From a virus, in the IMG/VR virus record IMGVR_UViG_3300045988_070014, positions 1 through 39,620 of that record: 39,620 nucleotides of DNA, one strand, 5' to 3'. Under the pieces are notes generated by a model, which was given only the letters and a program-made list of their open reading frames with translations, ran no database searches and was not told where the DNA came from. The translations under genes and the position numbers were made by a program. Shown here piece after piece: positions 31,614 to 37,564 of the stretch (its first letter is position 1; the number at the start of each line of letters is the position of its first letter).

Positions 31614-33295
31614 TATCTAAACGCCAAAGAAGTCATACGAGAATATTCATCAAATTCACTCTGATGCGGTGCTAAGGTTCTCATCATTTCCTTGCCATCA
31701 ATATAAAATTCTACTGGTCTGTTTGCTAAGCTTTTAATCCAATTTTCTAATTTATCTAACGGTATAACCGCTTCCGCTTGGTTTCCTCTGCCTTTGTAAC
31801 TATCTCCAGCAACATATCCGCCCATAAACGTCGGTTGTGTTACTATACCACCATTGTATAAGTATGGTACTTTAGGAAGATTTACCCCGAAGTGTTTACC
31901 TCCAACCATAGGAATCCAATCAGGAATAGTTACACTTATGCTATTTAGTCCACTTATAGCACTATTAACAAGCCCTATAACTCCATTAAGAGGTGCTTTT
32001 ATAACAGACACTAAACCACTCATTATATTGCCAAATATATCTTTGACCCCTTGCCATGCTCTACTCCAATTTCCCGTAAAAGTTCCAGCAACAAAATCAA
32101 TTATTCCGTTAAATATTCCTTTAATATCTGTCCAAATATTAGAAACATTTCTGAAGAAAGAGTTCATTATATCTCCAAAACCTCCAAAACTTTCTGACCA
32201 ATCTATAGTAAATATACCTTGCAACCAGTCGTCAAATCCTTTGAATGCATCTTTTATATTTTGCCACTTACCATCAACAAATTGTCCAAATCCTATAAAC
32301 GTATTTTTTAAGGAATCAAAAGCTAACTGCCAATCTCCAGTAAATAAACCTTTAAAGAAGTTTAAAAAGTTTATAAATGTATTCTTAGCAAATTCCCAAC
32401 CTAATCTAATATCTTCTAAGAAAAAGTCTAATATACTTCCTAAGAATCCAAATCTTTCTGACCAATCTGTAGCAAAAACATTAGTAATCCATTCTAAGAA
32501 CGAAGAAGCTATTTCTTTCACATTATCCCATAGGTTTATCCAAAAGTTTCTAAATCCTTCCGAAGTATTCCACAGGTATATAAACGCACCCGCTAAAGCA
32601 CCTACAAGCCCTATGACTATCCCTATTGGATTTGCCATAAAAACCGCATTTAATATTGCCATAGCACCACTAAAACTCTTTACCATAGTTAAAGCAGTAA
32701 ATAAAGGTTTTACAAATGCAATTATACCGCTTACAATAGCATAGCCCTTTATAGCCCCTAAATAACCTACTATAACACTTAACGCTAATCCTATCTTCTC
32801 TATAGTACCGTCTAATTTACCCTCCTGTAAAGCCTTAACTAATTTACTTATATTATCAGTAACCCATTTTATAACTTCTTTAAATATAGGGAAAACCTTC
32901 TCCGACATTTCAACCCCCAAACCTTCTAAAGCTGAACCCAACTCTGTCAAACGCCCTTTTAAGTTATCATTCATAGTTTTAGCCATCTCTTCTGCCGCAC
33001 CTTGAGAATTGGCAATTTTATCACTTAACTCGTCAAACCTCTCCCCACTATTAGCAAGTAAAGCGTTAGCACTCTTTAAGTCAACTTTGTTAAATAATTC
33101 GCTTAGAACTTTAGTTCTTTCTTGTTCTGTCATAGTCCCAAGTATTTTATTTAAATCTTTAAATATTTCATTTGTACCCCTCATATTACCGCTTGCGTCA
33201 TAAACTTCTAAACCTAATTTTTTCATAAGTTTAGCCGCTTTATCAGTCGGAGAACCTAAAGAAAGTATAATATTTCTTAATGCAGTTCCACCTTC
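31613..33295 (-). CDS. Tape measure protein, exon 2 (560 aa)
   Basis: Begins EGGTALRNIILSLGSPTDKA, then TM helices and W/F-periodic repeats typical of TMPs. In frame with exon 1 after the intron is removed. Confidence 0.85.
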   Translation of the reverse strand, partial: EGGTALRNIILSLGSPTDKAAKLMKKLGLEVYDASGNMRGTNEIFKDLNKILGTMTEQERTKVLSELFNKVDLKSANALLANSGERFDELSDKIANSQGAAEEMAKTMNDNLKGRLTELGSALEGLGVEMSEKVFPIFKEVIKWVTDNISKLVKALQEGKLDGTIEKIGLALSVIVGYLGAIKGYAIVSGIIAFVKPLFTALTMVKSFSGAMAILNAVFMANPIGIVIGLVGALAGAFIYLWNTSEGFRNFWINLWDNVKEIASSFLEWITNVFATDWSERFGFLGSILDFFLEDIRLGWEFAKNTFINFLNFFKGLFTGDWQLAFDSLKNTFIGFGQFVDGKWQNIKDAFKGFDDWLQGIFTIDWSESFGGFGDIMNSFFRNVSNIWTDIKGIFNGIIDFVAGTFTGNWSRAWQGVKDIFGNIMSGLVSVIKAPLNGVIGLVNSAISGLNSISVTIPDWIPMVGGKHFGVNLPKVPYLYNGGIVTQPTFMGGYVAGDSYKGRGNQAEAVIPLDKLENWIKSLANRPVEFYIDGKEMMRTLAPHQSEFDEYSRMTSLAFR

Positions 33296-34383
33296 CATTT
33301 TGTTATCGTAAAGGCTCTTTATCCTCTACTTCTATATGTTTCCATATAGTTCAGACTATATCTTCACCCTTAACTTAATATTAGGGTGTTCGGCACTCGT
33401 GTTCGTATTATTGTTTGTCATAACTCAACGATTAGTCGTTACACCTTCTATTTACTTTTATTGACTTTCAATAGCTTGGCTCGGTATTGCCATATTATAC
33501 TCTTCAAATTTTTCTTTAACCTTATCTATTATTTTATTTTTATAATCCTTTATATCTGTTCTTACAAATTTAATTCTTATTAAAGGTATATTATTTCTTT
33601 TACAAAATTCATTTTTTATTTTATCATTAGTTTTAGTTTTTTTGAAATTTTCTTCATCATCATTAAAAGCGAATTTATTACTAAAATGTTGCGAGCCATC
33701 ATACTCCATTAAACATACCAAATCTTTTTCTTCATTAAATATAGCGAAATCAAACGGTAAAGATCTTTTATTTCTGCATTCTTTTATTCTATATTGTTCT
33801 TCAAAAACAAATTTAGAAAGTGTTAAAAATTCCCTTATAACTTCTTCTCCTTTTGACCTATAACAATGAGGACATCTTGTGCCTTTTATAAAATCGTAAG
33901 GAGTTGGATAAAATTCTTTACCACATTTAAGATGTTTAATAACTATAGGCTTCTTACTTCTACTATAATTACTTAAACAAAGGTAACCTTCTTTTTCACA
34001 AATTTCTTCTATTATTTTCTTTTTTTCTTCGGATTTCCCTTGTTTTTTTGAATTACTTTCTGCACTTCTCAAATATCTTTCATTCGGACATCTTTGTCCA
34101 TTTAAAAACGCTTTCCTTGACATTTTAAATATATTTCCACAAATATTGTGTTTCAACAACATAGGTGTTGAATTGTTTTTATATGTCATTTCCAAAACTT
34201 CGTATTCATCACCTACAACATTTTTCACTTCTTGCTTGAAAATTTCAATTGTTATTTTCATAATATCACCTCTTGATGATATTATACCGCTCTTTATTCC
34301 GTTTTGTAAAGTATAACTTAGGTTTTTACCGAATTCACCGAATTTTTATTCATAGATATTACTATCTAAGCGACCAAAAGTTT
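33296..34383 (-). mobile_element. Group I intron (IA-like) with an internal homing-endonuclease ORF
   Basis: U precedes the 5' splice site and G ends the intron. R-like GUAACGACUAAUCG (33429-33442) and S-like AAGAUAUAGUCU (33353-33364) form P7. P8 is 33365-33388; GNRA-capped hairpins lie at 34353-34368 and 33332-33349. Confidence 0.85.
33458..34261 (-). CDS. Intron-encoded homing endonuclease (Vsr/PD-(D/E)xK-like nuclease plus two zinc-ribbon modules)
   Basis: 267 aa. Duplicated KH.(I/K)CG..F....F..G.RCP modules. C-terminal SLPFDFAIF...LMEYDGSQHF...NDKIKNEFC...IPLIRI is colinear with the Vsr-type PD..(F/I)(V/E)(Y)DG..H core. Confidence 0.7.
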   Translation of the reverse strand: MKITIEIFKQEVKNVVGDEYEVLEMTYKNNSTPMLLKHNICGNIFKMSRKAFLNGQRCPNERYLRSAESNSKKQGKSEEKKKIIEEICEKEGYLCLSNYSRSKKPIVIKHLKCGKEFYPTPYDFIKGTRCPHCYRSKGEEVIREFLTLSKFVFEEQYRIKECRNKRSLPFDFAIFNEEKDLVCLMEYDGSQHFSNKFAFNDDEENFKKTKTNDKIKNEFCKRNNIPLIRIKFVRTDIKDYKNKIIDKVKEKFEEYNMAIPSQAIESQ

Positions 34384-35043
34384 AGCCCCTTTTATACCTG
34401 CATCCGCCAAAATTCCAAGTTGTGTATTTAATTCTACTGTTCCACCTTTAAGAGATTTCGCAGTTCCTCCAACCGTTAGGATAGCTTCCCCTAATTGTGC
34501 TACATTTGTATTTGCTTTCTGTGAAGTTTTAGCCATTTGGTCGGTGAATCCTTCAAGTTGGTCTGTTTCTATTCCTAAAGCCGACATAGAATCCGTAACT
34601 AAGTCAGAAGCATAGGCAAGGTCAATTCCTCCCGCCGCTGCCAAGTTAAGAACTTTAGGTAATGCACTTATAGCTTTATCTGTATCATATCCTGCAAGTG
34701 CCAAGTAGTTCAACGCTTCAGCTGATTGTGAAGCACTATACTTAGTTGTAGCTCCCATTTGTTTGGCTGCATCCGAAAGTTTTTTAAAGTTAGAATCAGA
34801 AGCATCCCCAACTATACCCATTGTTGCGGCTACTTGATCCATACTTGCTTCAAAATCCATACCAACTTTCGTTGCTGCACCCGCTGCAACTCCTAGACCT
34901 CCAGCTATAACTGCACCAGCAACTTTAGTAGCTTTTCCCATTCTACTCGCAACACTTTCAGTTTTCTTTCCACTTTCATCTATTTTACTATTATAGTTCT
35001 TATTGTCAATGCTTATTTCAGCCATTAAAGTGAATAAATTCAT
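34384..35043 (-). CDS. Tape measure protein, exon 1 (220 aa)
   Basis: Ends ...NVAQLGEAILTVGG...QLGILADAGIKGA, the TP901-1-type TMP core. The unspliced frame runs 5 more codons to a stop at 34366. Confidence 0.85.
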
Positions 35044-35358
35044 CTATTCACCTCCTTTGAATTTGTTATAAATTTCTGTGCAAATTTCTTCAACACTCTT
35101 CTCTTCTTCTTTTACATTTTGATTTTTCATATTTTCGTATAATTCCTCAAAACTCCTAAACTTTTTATCTCTATTTAAAGATTGAGAACATATCCAAAGC
35201 GATTGGGCTATATGCCTTTTATGTGTCCACTCTAGGTTGTACTCATTCTCTTTTTCTGTTAAAACTACGTTTATAGCCTTAAAAGAAAGGGAGTGGAAGT
35301 TACTCAAATAAATAATAACTTTGCCACTCCCTAAAGTTTTGAGGATTGCTAAAAATTT
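35044..35358 (-). CDS. Tail assembly chaperone T segment (expressed as a G-T fusion by -1 frameshift)
   Basis: The -1 frame is open from the slippery site to 35044 (..KFLAILKTLGSGKVIIYLSNFHSLSF...). There is no convincing independent start or RBS. Confidence 0.7.
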   Translation of the reverse strand, partial: KFLAILKTLGSGKVIIYLSNFHSLSFKAINVVLTEKENEYNLEWTHKRHIAQSLWICSQSLNRDKKFRSFEELYENMKNQNVKEEEKSVEEICTEIYNKFKGGE

Positions 35359-35696
35359 AGAAGTTCTTTATCACTCCATAACTCTTTTAATTGTTTGATT
35401 GTTTGTACTGGATTTTGCTTTCTAATCTCTTCGACCGTCTTATCATTTACAATTGCTAATACATTATAAATGTTTTCTTTATGCTTTTTAAGAAGGATAG
35501 GAATTAATTTAGTGAAATTACTCACACCTTTAGCCAATCCTTTGATTTTTCCTTCTTTCTCGTCCATATCAGTTATATCTAATCTATCATAGAATATAGA
35601 GATTAACTCTTCATCTTGCATAATTTCTCCAAGATACGGAGTTATTTCAATTACTTTCTCAATACAAACTTCGTTAGTCATTTCACTTAATCTCAT
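35349..35696 (-). CDS. Tail assembly chaperone G
   Basis: 115 aa, between the major tail and TMP genes. Ends at the slippery site. Confidence 0.75.
   Translation of the reverse strand: MRLSEMTNEVCIEKVIEITPYLGEIMQDEELISIFYDRLDITDMDEKEGKIKGLAKGVSNFTKLIPILLKKHKENIYNVLAIVNDKTVEEIRKQNPVQTIKQLKELWSDKELLNF
35352..35358 (-). promoter_or_regulatory. -1 programmed ribosomal frameshift slippery heptamer A_AAU_UUU
   Basis: The minus strand reads cuA AAU UUU UAG. The X_XXY_YYZ motif sits on the last two codons of the G gene. Confidence 0.7.
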
Positions 35697-35709
35697 TCCT
35701 GTTTCTCCT

Positions 35710-36309
35710 TTATACTAAATAAATTTCTATTGGCAATTCATTAGGTTTTGCTAAATCGTTACAAGGTGTTATCTCTAAATCAAACTTACCTTTTCCCTTA
35801 TCTTCTATTTCATAGTTTAAACCACCAGTTGAAATAGCATTTCTAAGCCTTACAACTAGATAGCTTTCACTTTTATTCATAGAAGCAACCCATGTAATCT
35901 CTTTGAAATCTTCACTCTTATAATAGTTTCTAAGAGATATTTTTTTGCCTGAACCAAACGCAGCAGAATCAGCACAACCTAAAGCTAATAATAAAGCGCC
36001 TTCTTTCACTTCTGTTATTTTGGTAGTCGCCTTGCATTCTATTTTATTGATTGCTAAACAATCCTTATACATTCCTATAGCTCCGTCTACATCTTCCATT
36101 AAATCTCTAACCTCTGGAACTATTGAAATATTTCCCCCTCCACTTGTAGCACCTATTATATTTGAAGGTGTTTCCATAGCTGTGGTTACGGCACTTTTAA
36201 GAGTTTCATCGTTTGAAACCCCACTCCACTCAACACCAGTCAACCACACTCCTGCATCTAATTGAAAGTTCTGAGGTGTAGTTTGTGTCAATCCGTTTAA
36301 TAATTTCAT
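35710..36309 (-). CDS. Major tail protein
   Basis: 199 aa, beta-rich. Canonical position upstream of the G/GT chaperones. Confidence 0.75.
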   Translation of the reverse strand: MKLLNGLTQTTPQNFQLDAGVWLTGVEWSGVSNDETLKSAVTTAMETPSNIIGATSGGGNISIVPEVRDLMEDVDGAIGMYKDCLAINKIECKATTKITEVKEGALLLALGCADSAAFGSGKKISLRNYYKSEDFKEITWVASMNKSESYLVVRLRNAISTGGLNYEIEDKGKGKFDLEITPCNDLAKPNELPIEIYLV

Positions 36310-36320
36310 TTTATCCCTCC

Positions 36321-36686
36321 TTATAGGTATATTCTTGCTTGTATAACGCCATATAAACGCTTTATATTGTCTTCTTCATCTTGTAGCACTTCTCCGAACG
36401 GAGAGCCTTTATACAACTGTATAGAGCCATTAGAAGTAAATACTACTTTTCCATTTCCTATATCCTCGCCTAGTTCGTCTAATTTACTCCCTACAGTTTT
36501 GAATGAAGTCGATTTATCCCATATAGAGAACTGAATTAAAGTGTCGTCATAGTTTGGCGTATAACTTAAATTGTAAGTTAAGTAAGGGAATTGCGTACCT
36601 TGTGGAACGTTTCCCTCTAAAAATGAAGGCATGATGCTATTGAAATAACTATACAACGCCTTTGAATACTCTGTAAATTTTTCCAT
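36321..36686 (-). CDS. Tail terminator / tail completion protein (position-based)
   Basis: 121 aa, immediately upstream of the major tail gene. Confidence 0.5.
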   Translation of the reverse strand: MEKFTEYSKALYSYFNSIMPSFLEGNVPQGTQFPYLTYNLSYTPNYDDTLIQFSIWDKSTSFKTVGSKLDELGEDIGNGKVVFTSNGSIQLYKGSPFGEVLQDEEDNIKRLYGVIQARIYL

Positions 36687-36722
36687 GTCGCAACTCCTTT
36701 CCTTATTCTAATTCTATCATAT

Positions 36723-37058
36723 TTATGCTAAAACATACAACTCTGCACTAAGTTGCTTATTTTGAACTCTAGCTCGTTTAGGTGTAATCATATCTTCCGG
36801 TCTACTTGTAACTCTTAAATAATCATCTCCCCTTTTAACAACATCATTAAAAGTTAAAGGTACATTTATATCAACTGTTATAGTGTATAGTGATGTAACT
36901 CCTTGTTGTTCCGCTAACTTTGCTTGAGTAGAGTTATCTAAACTTATAGCACCCTTAAAAGTTGCTCCCTCTATCCATGAAGTTTCATATCCACCCATTC
37001 CGTCAGATACTGTTCTTTTCTCCATTATAATAAGATTTTCTTTGTAATCATCTAGCAT
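36723..37058 (-). CDS. Head-tail adaptor / head closure protein
   Basis: 111 aa. ..DGMGGYETSWIEGATFKGAI....YTITVD...DYLRVTS resembles the Phage_H_T_join family. Confidence 0.6.
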   Translation of the reverse strand: MLDDYKENLIIMEKRTVSDGMGGYETSWIEGATFKGAISLDNSTQAKLAEQQGVTSLYTITVDINVPLTFNDVVKRGDDYLRVTSRPEDMITPKRARVQNKQLSAELYVLA

Positions 37059-37564
37059 ATTTCTTTCACCCCCCTCTTATCCCATACAGTTTTAATTTTT
37101 CTATATGGTTTTAATTCATTTGAAAACACTTCTTGCCATGTTAAAGCTTGACCTTTTGCATTAGTTGCCAAACTATAAGAATAATTACCAAAACTTTCAC
37201 TTACAATAGCACTCGGTTTATTTTCACTCTCATAAGTTTCTATTTTAGCTTTAAGGCTTATTAAATCGCTTGGAATAGCAAGAGAGGATATTATCCCCTC
37301 AAACTCTTCATCTTGCATCGTAAGGCTTTCTAGTGTTATATTTTGACCATCTACAAAAGCGACCTTATATACCCCATCATTTAGTGTACTGCCTTCTATT
37401 CTTACATATTGACCTATTATATATTTACCTTTTACCGTTATAGTGTTAGTGTTTATTGAATAGCTTCCACTTTCGTAAAATTTGTAAAAGTAATTATTTA
37501 TAAATTTTAAAATTTTTTGCATTTCCTCCTCCTTACCAAGTTGCTCCATCCCTCTTAATCGCAA
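37052..37564 (-). CDS. Head-tail connector protein (gp6-like, position-based)
   Basis: The likely start is 37522 (MQKILKF) after aaggaggagg. Confidence 0.5.
   Translation of the reverse strand: MRLRGMEQLGKEEEMQKILKFINNYFYKFYESGSYSINTNTITVKGKYIIGQYVRIEGSTLNDGVYKVAFVDGQNITLESLTMQDEEFEGIISSLAIPSDLISLKAKIETYESENKPSAIVSESFGNYSYSLATNAKGQALTWQEVFSNELKPYRKIKTVWDKRGVKEIC

Noticed and set aside
31854-32744. A 296-aa plus-strand ORF and many other plus-strand ORFs: 1291-1485, 1507-1959, 3774-4019, 5356-5616, 6166-6363, 7039-7245, 8015-8260, 10981-11226, 13567-13791, 15411-15629, 16824-17090, 19707-19907, 22399-22692, 23829-24122, 25298-25591, 30326-30559, 33009-33203, 33386-33583, 33642-33863, 35945-36265 and 38037-38279.
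   Set aside because: All lie antisense to well-supported minus-strand genes. They lack Shine-Dalgarno sequences and translate to low-complexity S/L/F/I-rich strings, which is typical of the reverse frame of AT-rich coding DNA.
33296-34383. Alternative explanations for the split tape measure gene: an intein, two genuinely separate TMP genes, or a sequencing frameshift.
   Set aside because: An intein would keep one continuous ORF; here there are stops plus about 280 nt of non-coding structured RNA. A frameshift would not add 1.07 kb. Separate genes would not regenerate the GIKGAEGGTALR motif with exact spacing, and would not be flanked by group I R/S core elements and U/G splice-site nucleotides.
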